A stretch of DNA of 64,000 nt, from the NCBI GenBank assembly GCA_963816905.1, contig CAWFMQ010000020.1, forward strand, positions 1,862-65,861, in the 5' to 3' direction. Below, one piece after another: positions 54,370 through 63,834 of the stretch; the first letter of the stretch is position 1, and every line of letters begins with the position of its first letter. The notes below the pieces were generated by a model that was given only the letters and a program-made list of their open reading frames with translations, did no database searches and was not told where the DNA came from. The DNA comes from an uncultured Chloroflexia bacterium. Its GTDB lineage: Bacteria > Chloroflexota > Limnocylindria > Limnocylindrales > CSP1-4. The position numbers and the translations under genes are program-made.

Positions 54370-55634
54370 TGGCGCAGCCGCTGTACGGCTGCACCGAACT
54401 CGGCCGGATCTCGGCGCGAGAACTCGTCGATCCATTGGTCGACGGCCGCCTGGTCCTCGATGTCGACGCCTTCCATCTCCATGACCGCGTACATCAGCTT
54501 TGCAGGACCGAAGCGCTTCGGATCGACGGCGTCGAGCAGGAACCGGTCGGCGAGGGAATCGATCGCGGCGACGGTGGCGGCGATGGCATCGGCCCGGACC
54601 CCGCGCACGCGACCGGCGAAGCGGACCCACTGGCGGAGCACGGCCGGCACGGCGGGCAGTTCGGCGGCGTTGAGCGAGACGTTCCTCGGAAGCGCGTCGA
54701 CGAGCAGGGCCTCCACGGCAGCCGGACTCCAGCGGAGCGGCTCGCCATCGGCCTCGTTGAACTTGTACTCGACGAACAGGCGGGCAGTCTCACGGGCGAG
54801 GGTCATGGCGACGCGCCGAGTGCCGCCGCCCCGATCGTCGCCTGCCCTCGGACGCCGCAACGCCGCGGCTTCCGGGGACGCCACGAAGTCTCGCACCAGC
54901 GCGGCCCGCTCCCTGTCGGTCATCTCCGGCTTCGGCGCCGCTGGTGACGGGGTCGGCAGCCGCCCGAGGCGGGCATGCAGCAGGGCCCGCAACTCGTCCA
55001 CCTCCTCCGACGACTCGTCGGACGCGAAGGCGTCCGCACTCGGCGCGGCGCCGGCATCGAGCGCGTCGCGAAGCCTATGGGCGGCCTCCTCCGCGGGGAT
55101 GCTGCGAAGGGGCGTGCCCGGCATCCGTCGCCAGTCTTCGAGCACGGAATCCGGCTCGGCGGAGAGGAAGGCCTTCTTGATGACGCCGCCGAGATTGTGG
55201 TCGACGAGGACGACGAAGCAATGCTGCCCACTGCCCGGGTATTCGAACGTGACGATCAGCGCATCCTGGTCGCCGTACTCGTCGCTCGACGTCCAGGCGT
55301 CGACAAAGCGGGGTTTGCCGATCTCGTCGGCCCAGCGAGGGGCGCGGACGCGCCGGGCCCTGAGTGCTGTGGCCGCCTGCTGCGCGGCGGTCACCGTGAC
55401 AGGGGCGCCGACGGCGCCCAGCCCGAGCAGGAGCACCAGCGCTTCGGGCGTTCCGCGGCGGGCCAGGTAGTCGATGAGGGCGCCCCCGAAGAGCGCATCG
55501 GGGTCGCCGTCGATGAGCGTCAGGTGGAGCCAGATCGAGATGATCTCGCTCGCGAAGGCCTCGGCTTCCAGCGGGTCGGTGGCGGAGAGCGTCCTGGCGT
55601 CCCTGAGGAGCTCCCTGAAGCTCGGCTCCAGCAC
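54366..55634 (-). CDS. Hypothetical protein (~420 aa), start uncertain
   Basis: The C-terminal ~420 aa of ORF 54366..56324 have ordinary composition (…FVVLVDHNLGGVIKKAFLSAEPDSVLEDWRR…FVEYKFNEADGEPLRWSPAAVEALLVDALPRNV…). The N-terminal 230 aa of the ORF are Arg/Gly/Pro junk. GTG at 55634 is a guess. Confidence 0.5.
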   Translation of the reverse strand: MLEPSFRELLRDARTLSATDPLEAEAFASEIISIWLHLTLIDGDPDALFGGALIDYLARRGTPEALVLLLGLGAVGAPVTVTAAQQAATALRARRVRAPRWADEIGKPRFVDAWTSSDEYGDQDALIVTFEYPGSGQHCFVVLVDHNLGGVIKKAFLSAEPDSVLEDWRRMPGTPLRSIPAEEAAHRLRDALDAGAAPSADAFASDESSEEVDELRALLHARLGRLPTPSPAAPKPEMTDRERAALVRDFVASPEAAALRRPRAGDDRGGGTRRVAMTLARETARLFVEYKFNEADGEPLRWSPAAVEALLVDALPRNVSLNAAELPAVPAVLRQWVRFAGRVRGVRADAIAATVAAIDSLADRFLLDAVDPKRFGPAKLMYAVMEMEGVDIEDQAAVDQWIDEFSRRDPAEFGAAVQRLRQ

Positions 55635-56402
55635 CGACGCCGGATTGTCGGAAGATGGGCCGCGTCCGGAGGTTCGCGGAGTTCGCGGCGTTCTCGTTGT
55701 CCGGTGCCCTGTGGCCAACGCGCTCTCCCGTGCTCGACTCGACTTGTCAGACAGGCGGGATCCCCCGGCGCCGGTCAGGCTACCGCGGGTCGGTCCAGCG
55801 CGACGAGCACTTCCTCGCCCAGCATGTCCGTCTTGCTCATGGTGCCATGCGCGCGGAGACCAGAGACGGCACGCGGCACCGCACGGTCTTCCCGGCGCCG
55901 CCGCGCGAACCTTGCGTTCACCGCGCACCGGCCTGCGCTCGGCGAGGGGAGTCCCGCCTGCGAACCAGGAGCCGGGACGCTTCAGAGCCGATGCGGAGGC
56001 GTGTCCTCGGCTTCCGGCACGGCGCCCGCCGCAGCCACCTGTCACGTTTCCTCCAGATTCCCGCCTGGCGGGCATTACGCGGAATCCGACGCCTCTTCGA
56101 CGCGATCGGGCGCCTGCGTCCCCCGGTCCTGAGCGTGAATTGGCGTGCCCGACTCGAGTGGGTGGGTCGCTGGGCAACCTTCGACGGCCGATCTCCCGGC
56201 TAACGCTCACCCGGCGGGAATCTGGTTGAAGATCGGGACGTTGTCGGTCGTAATGTGCACGTGGTGGGAATCGTAAGGAACTTCGGCCCGAAGTCCGACA
56301 CAGTGCGCACCAGGCGGGAATCACCGGGCGGGGCCGGTCCGCAACGGGGTGATCGCGCCGACGCTCGAGCCAACGATCCAGTCTGCAAGGTATGTGATCG
56401 TT

Positions 56403-56807
56403 TCAGATCAACCGCGATGGGAAGTTCGGCGATGAGAACTTCTCATCGAACGTGGCGATCCAGTTGCACCGCGACGCCGCAGCCGCTGCCGCGATGATGG
56501 CATCCGCGATGTGACGAGCGGACTGGCGGAACGTCGACTGGAGGCCCAGGACCACGCTCGCCTGGTCCGCATCCGAAAGCTCCACGTTGCTGCGCGAGAG
56601 GAACTCGATCAGGCCCCTCGCGAGCGCGGGATTCTCGGCTCCGTGCTTCGTCCGGAGTGCGTGCGCGGCCTCGATGAGGACACCCGTCGACACGACCACA
56701 CGGTCCGGCCCGTCAATGAGCCCCGCGGCGGCGAAGGCCCGGGGCGGATCGTCCCCTGAGAAATAGCGGATGAGGACGCTGGTGTCGCAGAAGACGCGAT
56801 CGGTCAC
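56403..56807 (-). CDS. vapC: PIN-domain toxin VapC
   Basis: VTDRVFCDTSVLIRYF…TGVLIEAAHAL…ADAIIAAAAAASRCNWIATFDEKF. GTG at 56807 overlaps the vapB stop (GTGA). Confidence 0.8.
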   Translation of the reverse strand: MTDRVFCDTSVLIRYFSGDDPPRAFAAAGLIDGPDRVVVSTGVLIEAAHALRTKHGAENPALARGLIEFLSRSNVELSDADQASVVLGLQSTFRQSARHIADAIIAAAAAASRCNWIATFDEKFSSPNFPSRLI

Positions 56808-57097
56808 ACGCTCTTCCCTCCGTGGCGCTGGCTGTCCGACCGCAGGACGTCCTCCAGCTCGGCCGAGCGCTGCTCCCAGACATCGTCGAAGTAGGCCTGC
56901 CAATCGGTGATCGGCGGAAGATCCGGGCGCCGGAAGATGCCCATGAGCGACCGGCTGTGTGGCCTGGGCATGAAGGAAACGACGAGCCGGCCGTCCTCCA
57001 CCCGCTCGATCGCGCGGTCGCCGGGTTGGACGCCCAGCTCATCGCGGACCTTCTTGTCGATGGTGATCTGGAACCGTTCACCGACCACGTTGGCCAT
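56804..57097 (-). CDS. vapB: AbrB/SpoVT/MazE-type antitoxin VapB
   Basis: MANVVGERFQITIDKKVRDELGVQPGDRAIERVEDGRLVVSF is a swapped-hairpin AbrB-like N-domain. Confidence 0.8.
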   Translation of the reverse strand: MANVVGERFQITIDKKVRDELGVQPGDRAIERVEDGRLVVSFMPRPHSRSLMGIFRRPDLPPITDWQAYFDDVWEQRSAELEDVLRSDSQRHGGKSV

Positions 57098-57175
57098 ACA
57101 CTCAGTTCCTCATACGGGGTCCGAACCGCAGTATGGTTCGTGGCAGCGCGTATGACAAGGGCGGACACGTACGTG

Positions 57176-57379
57176 TCAGGTCGGCCCAGCCACGAAGCGC
57201 CGCAGTTGGGCCGCGCGCAGGAAGCGGAGCATGCCCGAACGCGGGGAGGGCGCGCCAACATCCTCACCCTCCACGGCGTAGCTCAGGATCTCGGCGATCG
57301 CTGGAAAGGAGTCATGCGGATATCCAGCCGCGCGCCACCCGGCGACGCGATGAGCCAGCGCCTGGTGCAGTTCCGTCAT
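57176..57379 (-). pseudogene. Possible N-terminal remnant of a type III restriction/DEAD-box helicase-family gene
   Basis: MTELHQALAHRVAGWRAAGYPHDSFPAIAEILSYAVEGE…LRFLRAAQLR resembles, from memory, the N-termini of res-subunit-like helicases. The ORF stops after 67 aa and no helicase motifs follow. Confidence 0.3.
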
Positions 57380-57385
57380 GTCCCC

Positions 57386-57785
57386 CTACGGGAGCGCCCG
57401 GCCGTACCCGAGGACGGGAATGCCAAACACTTCGAAGTCCCGCGCGTTGCGGGTCACGACAGTGGCGTCAAGGCGCCAGGCAAGGGCCGCGATCAGCGAG
57501 TCTCCGACGCTGGGTTTGCGGCTTCCCGCCTCGATCCGCTCTCGACGTCGGTCACTGGCCCAGCGGGCGCCGTCAGGATCGACTGCGACGTATTCCAGGG
57601 CGTCGAGCGCCGAGCGGATGAGCATCCCGCTGCTCCGGGCTTCCACCAGAGAGCGACTCGCAGGTCACGACGTCGCACGTAAACAGCTCACCCGTCTCTC
57701 CGAACAGACGTTCCACGACTTCCCGCCCGGGCGGGTAGTCGTGGCTGATGTCGATGAGGACGGTGGAGTCGAGGACGTACCTCAC
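57386..57785 (-). pseudogene. vapC: PIN-domain toxin VapC (paralogue of 16208..16603) with one frameshift near 57640
   Basis: VRYVLDSTVLIDISHD…CDVVTCESLSGGSPEQR in one frame, then LIRSALDALEYVAVDP…GDSLIAALAWRLDATVVTRNARDF in another. The break lies in a CGGG run. Confidence 0.75.
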
Positions 57786-58036
57786 CGTACATCCTTGTCC
57801 GTGTCCATCTCGCGTTGCTCGCGTACCCAGCGGTACGATTCCTCGGGTGTCATGTACGAGGGTGTCCCGACAGTGACCCCGCGCAGGTTGTCGAGCGCCC
57901 GGCGCAGGCGCTCCCGCTTCACCTTCGCGGCGACAGCATCCGCGACGAACGCGCTGCGGCCGCGCGGGCCGGCGAGCTCGTCCACCTGCGCGAGAAGCTC
58001 CTCGGGGAGCGTGACGTTCGTGCGCGCGAGTGCCAT
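57782..58036 (-). CDS. vapB: Ribbon-helix-helix antitoxin (paralogue of 15956..16211)
   Basis: MALARTNVTLPEELLAQVDELAGPRGRSAFVADAVAAKVKRERLRRAL…YMTPEESYRWVREQREMD. GGGAGG upstream of the ATG at 58036. The stop overlaps the vapC GTG. Confidence 0.85.
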   Translation of the reverse strand: MALARTNVTLPEELLAQVDELAGPRGRSAFVADAVAAKVKRERLRRALDNLRGVTVGTPSYMTPEESYRWVREQREMDTDKDVR

Positions 58037-58176
58037 GTGGCCTCCCGATCGACAGTGTGCAACAGCGTGTGTAAGCGTAGCACACGATCCGTGCGTTACG
58101 ACAGTGGTTCCCGAGGCGCCGGTGGCGCCGGTGGAGCCGGGAGCCGGGAGCCGCGCAGCGCGCCGCACGTCTTCCT

Positions 58177-58773
58177 CTACCAGCGCTCCCAGCGCGCGAA
58201 TTCGGGGTTCGGCACCCAGCCGCGCCTGAGCGACGGCGACCGCTTGTCGGGGAGCGGACGGCCGACCGGGATCACCCCGACCGGGGAGAAGTCGTCGGGG
58301 ATCCCGAGGATTGCGCGCATCCGGACGTAGCCGTCGGCGTCCGTGCCCGAGAATCCGCCGGCGAGCCCCTCGTCCACGGCCGCGAGCAGGATCAGCATCA
58401 CGGTGCAGCCGACATCCATCCACCAGTACGGGATCGGCCAGTCGATCTCGGTGCCGTCCTCCTGCAGTTTGTCCGGCTCTCGGTAGCGGGCGTGGTAGAC
58501 GGCCTCGCTGACACAGGGGATGAAGAGCGCGCCGCTGCGGCTGATCCACGGGTCGTAGCCCTCGCCCGCCATCTCGGCTTCACCGCAGATCTCCGCGATC
58601 CGGCCGCGCATCTCCGGATCGGTCACCACGACCAGGCGCTGGCCCTGGCTGAACCCGGCACTCGGTGCGCGCTGGGCCGCGGTGGCGATCCGGTCGAGGA
58701 CGACCCTGTCGATCGGATCGTCGGCGAAGTGCCGCACCATGCGCCGGCGGCGGACGACTTCCTCGAACTGCAT
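58177..58773 (-). CDS. Nitroreductase-family (FMN) protein
   Basis: MQFEEVVRRRRMVRHFADDPI…APSAGFSQGQRLVVV…LAAVDEGLAGGF…VIPVGRP. Confidence 0.85.
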   Translation of the reverse strand: MQFEEVVRRRRMVRHFADDPIDRVVLDRIATAAQRAPSAGFSQGQRLVVVTDPEMRGRIAEICGEAEMAGEGYDPWISRSGALFIPCVSEAVYHARYREPDKLQEDGTEIDWPIPYWWMDVGCTVMLILLAAVDEGLAGGFSGTDADGYVRMRAILGIPDDFSPVGVIPVGRPLPDKRSPSLRRGWVPNPEFARWERW

Positions 58774-58906
58774 TCGACGTACCTCCGTGCGGTCTCCGAG
58801 CGCCGGCATCCGGCGTCAGCGCGTCCTCCGGTTTGGCAGGACAGGGTGGCTCCGGGGTCACGCGAGTGAATCGCGGGCGTGGCTCTCCCGTCTCCACCGC
58901 TTCCGC

Positions 58907-59995
58907 CTACCCTTCCGGAGCCTCCAGTTCCCGTGCGTACGCCGGCATGCGAAAGCGCATGTCCCGCGTCAGCAGGCCACCGTGGCCCAGGCGCGCGACC
59001 GTTGCCCGGGTCGGCGGATCGCCTGCCAGCAACCAGGGCAGCAGCAGGTCCACGGCCGTGGCCTTCGAGTAGGCGCCGCACGTCGGCAGGCCGATGATCG
59101 TCGTCCGATGCAGCCGGGCCAGCCACAGCATGGAGCCGGGGTGTGCCGGCACGCCGTGGCTCACCACGCGCCCTTTCAGCTGTTCCAGGGCGACGAACAC
59201 CGGGTCGGCAGGATCCGTGCTGCCGGCGCCTGCCGTGAGGATGATGTCAGCACCCGGACTGCCGGCTGCGAGTTGCGAAAGCCGGGCGCCGATCTCGCCA
59301 ACGTCGTCGGGGACGTAGCTGATCTCGGCGAGGTTGGAGCCCAGCCGCTCGACACGGGTGCGAACGCTCGCCTCGAATCGGGCGCGCGCCCCTGGCCCGA
59401 GTGCCTCCCGCACCAGCGCGGCGACGCGCCGGCGATAGAAGGGGCGAACGTCCACCAGCGGCCGGCTTCGCGTCCGGGCGACCGCCTCCGCCCGCTCGAT
59501 CACCGCCTCCGACACCAGGTGCGGCCCGACCTTCACGCTGGCCACGACCGCCCCGGCGTCGACCACCTGCCCGTCGTAGGCGGAGAAGAGAGCGATCGGA
59601 TCGATCCGGTCGATCCGCTCGAGGGCGACGATATCGACACGGAGGACGCCGTCGTGGGCGGCGACGAAGTCGACGCGGCTCTCGACCGGACCACGCAGGT
59701 TCACCCCGCGACCGGCCGATGCGGCTGCCAGTCGCACCGCCGCTTCGTTCTCGTGAACGTCGCCCGGCTCCGGGACCAGCAGCGTCACCTCCGTCGAGTC
59801 GCGAGCCGTCGACGGTTCCGCCGCCCACGGGCCGCGCGCCTCGACCGGTGCGCGCTCCAGCTCGACCAGGTCGGCGGCGGCGAGCATCCGACCCTTTGAC
59901 CACCGCGCCTCACCGACCCGCAGGTCGCGCGTGAGCACGGCTCCCACGAGGCTTCGAGAGAGCTGATCCCCCGGGCGGATGCGCTCGATCCTCAC
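58907..59995 (-). CDS. Molybdopterin-binding (MoaB/MogA/MoeA-like domain) protein, cox-cluster associated
   Basis: …ADIILTAGAGSTDPADPV…SHGVPAHPGSMLWLARL…IIGLPTCG. GTG at 59995, 26 nt downstream of the coxM stop. Confidence 0.65.
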   Translation of the reverse strand: MRIERIRPGDQLSRSLVGAVLTRDLRVGEARWSKGRMLAAADLVELERAPVEARGPWAAEPSTARDSTEVTLLVPEPGDVHENEAAVRLAAASAGRGVNLRGPVESRVDFVAAHDGVLRVDIVALERIDRIDPIALFSAYDGQVVDAGAVVASVKVGPHLVSEAVIERAEAVARTRSRPLVDVRPFYRRRVAALVREALGPGARARFEASVRTRVERLGSNLAEISYVPDDVGEIGARLSQLAAGSPGADIILTAGAGSTDPADPVFVALEQLKGRVVSHGVPAHPGSMLWLARLHRTTIIGLPTCGAYSKATAVDLLLPWLLAGDPPTRATVARLGHGGLLTRDMRFRMPAYARELEAPEG

Positions 59996-60020
59996 CGCCC
60001 GGAGTATGGGATATCGACGG

Positions 60021-60887
60021 TCAGGTGGCGGCAGCGACCGCAGCCTCGAGCGCCCGGCGCGTGTAGACGACCGCCATCGCGGCTCGATAGTCGCGATCCG
60101 CGTGGATGTCGCTGTTGACCTCCTGTCCGTCGGTCGCATGCGCGGCAGCCGCCGCGATCGCCTCCGGGCCGGCATCCGTGTTCAGCAGCGCCGCCTCGAC
60201 CGCCTTCGCCCGGTAGGCCACCGGCCCGACGCCGGTGATCCCCACGCGGACGTGGTCGACGGCCCCCCCGGCCCTGGCGACCACCGCCGCCACGCCGACC
60301 ATCGAGTAGCCCGACGCCAGCTGCGTCAGCTGCCGGTAGGCGGTGCCGGCGCCGGAGAGAAGCGGCCGGAGGTGCATCTCGACCAGCAGCTCCGTCGGGC
60401 GCAGCGCCGTCTGGAACGGCCCGACGAAGAAGCCGTCGGCCGGTCCGACCCGCCGCGCGCTCGTCGTGCGGAGCACCAGCTCCGCGTCGAGCGCCAGCAT
60501 GACGGCCGGCAGGTCCGACGCCGGGTCCGCGTGGGCGAGGCTCCCGCCGAGCGTTCCCCGGTTGCGGACCTGGACGTCGCCGACGTCGCCGATGGCCTCG
60601 ATCAGCAGCGGCCAGCGGCTCGCGACCAGCGGCGACTCGAGGACCTCCCGGTAGGTCGTCCCAGCGCCGATGATCAGCTCGCCGCTCGGGCCCTGGCGGA
60701 TGCCCTGCAGTTCCGCCAGCCGGCTGATGTCGACCAGGTGTTCTGCCGACGCCAGCCGCAGCTTGAGCAGCGGCAGGATGCTCTGGCCGCCGCAGATGAC
60801 CTTGGTCCCTTCGCCGGCCGCCGCCAGGGCGGCGAGCGCGTCGTCGAGGGTGGCCGGGCGGCTGTAGTCGAACGCGGCGGGGATCAT
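60021..60887 (-). CDS. coxM: Molybdenum hydroxylase medium (FAD-binding) subunit
   Basis: [21 protein letters not shown]…VICGGQSILPLLKLRLA…VRNRGTLGGSLAHADPASDLP. The ATG overlaps the coxL stop (ATGA). Confidence 0.9.
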   Translation of the reverse strand: MIPAAFDYSRPATLDDALAALAAAGEGTKVICGGQSILPLLKLRLASAEHLVDISRLAELQGIRQGPSGELIIGAGTTYREVLESPLVASRWPLLIEAIGDVGDVQVRNRGTLGGSLAHADPASDLPAVMLALDAELVLRTTSARRVGPADGFFVGPFQTALRPTELLVEMHLRPLLSGAGTAYRQLTQLASGYSMVGVAAVVARAGGAVDHVRVGITGVGPVAYRAKAVEAALLNTDAGPEAIAAAAAHATDGQEVNSDIHADRDYRAAMAVVYTRRALEAAVAAAT

Positions 60888-63290
60888 GGCTTCACCTCCG
60901 CGGCCTGCATGGCGCGCCAGACGGTCATCGCCGAGAGCGGCATGTCGATGTGGCGGATCCCCAGCGGGCCGAGTGCATCGACCACGGCGTTGACAACCGC
61001 CGGCGTGCTCGCGATCGTGCCCGCCTCGCCGACCCCCTTGACCCCGAGCGGATTCACGGGCGACGGGGTGACCGTCTCCGCGAGCTCGAAGCTGGGCAGC
61101 CAGGATGCCCTCGGCACGGCGTAGTCGAGCATCGAGCCGGTCAGCAACTGGCCGTCGTCGCTGTAGACCGCGCCCTCCCAGAGCGCCTGTCCGACGCCCT
61201 GGGCGATCCCGCCGTGGATCTGCCCGTTCACGATCATCGGGTTGATCTTGTTGCCGACGTCGTCGACTGCGATGTAGCGCACCAGGTCGACCGACCCGGT
61301 GTCGCGATCGACCTCGACGATCGCCACGTGCGTCCCGAATGGCCACGTGCAGTTGGGCGCGTCGTAGTACGCGGTTTCGTCGAGGAACGGCTCCATGCCA
61401 CCGGGCATGTCGAACCCGAGGTCCGTTGCGAAGGCGATCTCCTGGATCGTCTTGGCCCGGTCGGGAGAACCTCGCACGAAGTACTTCCCGGCCTCGACCT
61501 CGATGTCCTGCGGCGCGGCCTCCAGCATGTGGGCCGCCATCTGCTTCGCCTTCTCGCGGATCTTCTCGGCGGCCTTGACGATCGCCGTGCCCCCGACCGC
61601 GGCCGATCGAGACCCGTACGACCCGTAGCCGAACGGCGTGCCCAGTGTGTCCGAGTGCCTGATCTGGACGTCCTCGACCGGCACGCCCAGTTCGTGCGAT
61701 GCGATCTGCGCCATCGTCGTCTCGTGGCCCTGGCCCTGCGTCTGGCTGCCGGTCGTCACCACGACCTTCCCGGTGAGATGGATGCGGACGTTCGCCGACT
61801 CCCACATGGCGGCGCCCCAGCCTTCGCCGACGGCGCCGATCCACTTGGACGGCGCGACGCCGCAGACCTCGATGTAGGAGGAGATGCCGAGGCCGAGATA
61901 CTTGCCGTGGGTCGAGCGCCTCCGACTTCTTCGCCGCGAGGTCGGCGTAGCCGGCCATCTCCAGCGCCTTTTCCAGGGCCGGCGCGTAGTTGCCCGAGTC
62001 GATCGACAGCTCGGTGCCGTTGTGGCTCCGGTAGAGGCCGCTGGCGTTCTTGTGCGGGAAGGCGTCGGGCGGCAGGAAGTTGCGCCGCCGGACCTCGGCT
62101 CGGTCCATCCCGATCTCCGCCGCAAAGAGGTCCATGGCGCGCTCGACGACGTAGGTGGCCTCCGGCCTCCCGGCGCCACGGTACGCATCGACGAAGGTGG
62201 TGTTCGTGTAGACCCCGACGACCTCGCAGGCAACGTTCGGGATCTTGTACGGGCCCGACAGGACCCGGCCGTAGAGCGTGGTCGGGATGCCGGGGCCGAT
62301 GGTCGACAGGCGCCCGCCGAGGTTGGCGTACGTCTTGACCTTGAGGCCGGTGACGGCGCCGTCGCGGCTCCCGGCGATCTCGATGTCGGTGATGTGGTCG
62401 CGCCCGTGGATCGTGCCCTGGTAGTTCTCGCGCCGCGTCTCGACCCACTTGACGGGCCGCCCGCCGAGTTTCTTGCTGGCCCACGCCACGAGCACGTACT
62501 CGGTGTAGAGGAAGATCTTGGTCCCGAATGCGCCGCCGACGTCGGGGCTGATGCAGCGCATCTTGTGCTCGGGGATTCCCAGCACGAAGGCGGTGATCAG
62601 GAGCCGCATGATGTGCGGGTCCTGGCTGCTCATCCAGATGGTGTACTCGTCGGCGCCGGGCTCGTAGCGGCCGATGGCGCCGCGAACCTCCATCGGGTTG
62701 GGGATGAGCCGGTGGTTGATCAGCCGCTGGCGGACCACCACCTCCGCCGAGCCGATGGCGGTGTCGGTCCCGGCGCTGTCGCCGGCAGTCCAGGTGAACA
62801 CGATGTTGTTCGGCGCGTTCTCGTGCAGTTGCGGCGCGCCGGCCTTCGTGGCAGCCTCCGCGTCGACCACGGCGGGGAGCGGCTCCCAGTCGACCTCGAT
62901 CGCCGCGACCGCGTCGGCTGCCTGCTCGCGCGTCTCGGCGATCACCATCGCGACGCCCTCGCCGGCCCACTTGACATCGTCGATCGCCAGCACGCGCGGC
63001 GTGTTCAGGTTGTTCTGGAAGGGGCCGGATGCGCCTCCGGCCGGCCACGCGCAGGGCAGCGCCGGCAACTCGGCCGTGTCCTTCCCGGTGAAGACGGCGA
63101 TGACGCCGGGCATCTCTGCGGCCGCCGTCGTGTCGATCCCCTTGATGCGGGCATGGGCATACGGGCTGCGCAGGATGGACGCGTGGACCATGCCGGACAG
63201 CTTCACGTCGTCGAGGTAGGTCCCGGTTCCGGTGATGAAGCGCGGGTCCTCCTTGCGCTTGAGCGGGGTTCCGAGCACGTCAATGGCCAT
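60884..63290 (-). CDS. coxL: Molybdenum hydroxylase large subunit, form-II CoxL type (AYRGAGR); single frameshift near 61905
   Basis: [28 protein letters not shown]…[14 protein letters not shown]… up to …AAKKSEALD, then continues in ORF 60884..62233 ([16 protein letters not shown]…[12 protein letters not shown]…GSYGSRS…[10 protein letters not shown]). The break is in a CCC run. Confidence 0.9.
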
Positions 63291-63834
63291 CGTTGGTACC
63301 CCCCTCGACCGCCCCGGGCGCCGCCTGGGACGCTTCGGCGGCGACCGGCATCGCGGCGCCCGACGACGCTCGCATGGCGCCCGCAGCGTCCCGGATGGCG
63401 GCGACGATGTTGTGGTACCCGGTGCAGCGGCAGTAGTTGCCTTCGAGCGCGTGCCGGATCTCCGGTTCGCTCGGATCGGGCATCCTCGCGAGCAGGTCCG
63501 TGGCGGTCATGATCATCCCCGGCGTGCAGAACCCGCACTGCAGCCCGTGGCCCTCCCAGAATGCCGTCTGGATGGGATGCAGCCCCGATTCGGGAGCCAG
63601 GCCTTCGATCGTGGTCACGGCGGATCCGTCTGCCTGGACCGCCAGGACTGTGCAGGACTTCACGGCGTGTCCGTCGAGAAGGACGGTGCAGGCGCCGCAT
63701 TGGCTGGTGTCGCACCCCACGTGCGTCCCCGTCAGCCCGAGGTCCTCGCGCAGCAACTGGACCAGGAGGCGCCTGGGCTCCACGTCCACACTTCGCGCGA
63801 CCCCGTTGACGACCAGGGCGACCGAGTCGGTCAC
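63280..63834 (-). CDS. coxS: Molybdenum hydroxylase small (2x[2Fe-2S]) subunit
   Basis: [16 protein letters not shown]…[11 protein letters not shown]…[12 protein letters not shown] at 63834 preceded by GAAGGAGG. Confidence 0.95.
   Translation of the reverse strand: MTDSVALVVNGVARSVDVEPRRLLVQLLREDLGLTGTHVGCDTSQCGACTVLLDGHAVKSCTVLAVQADGSAVTTIEGLAPESGLHPIQTAFWEGHGLQCGFCTPGMIMTATDLLARMPDPSEPEIRHALEGNYCRCTGYHNIVAAIRDAAGAMRASSGAAMPVAAEASQAAPGAVEGGTNDGH

Noticed and set aside
60884-63290. Calling the cluster an aerobic carbon monoxide dehydrogenase
   Set aside because: The active-site loop is AYRGAGR (form II), not the AYxCSFR of proven CO-oxidising form-I enzymes. The substrate is therefore left open.
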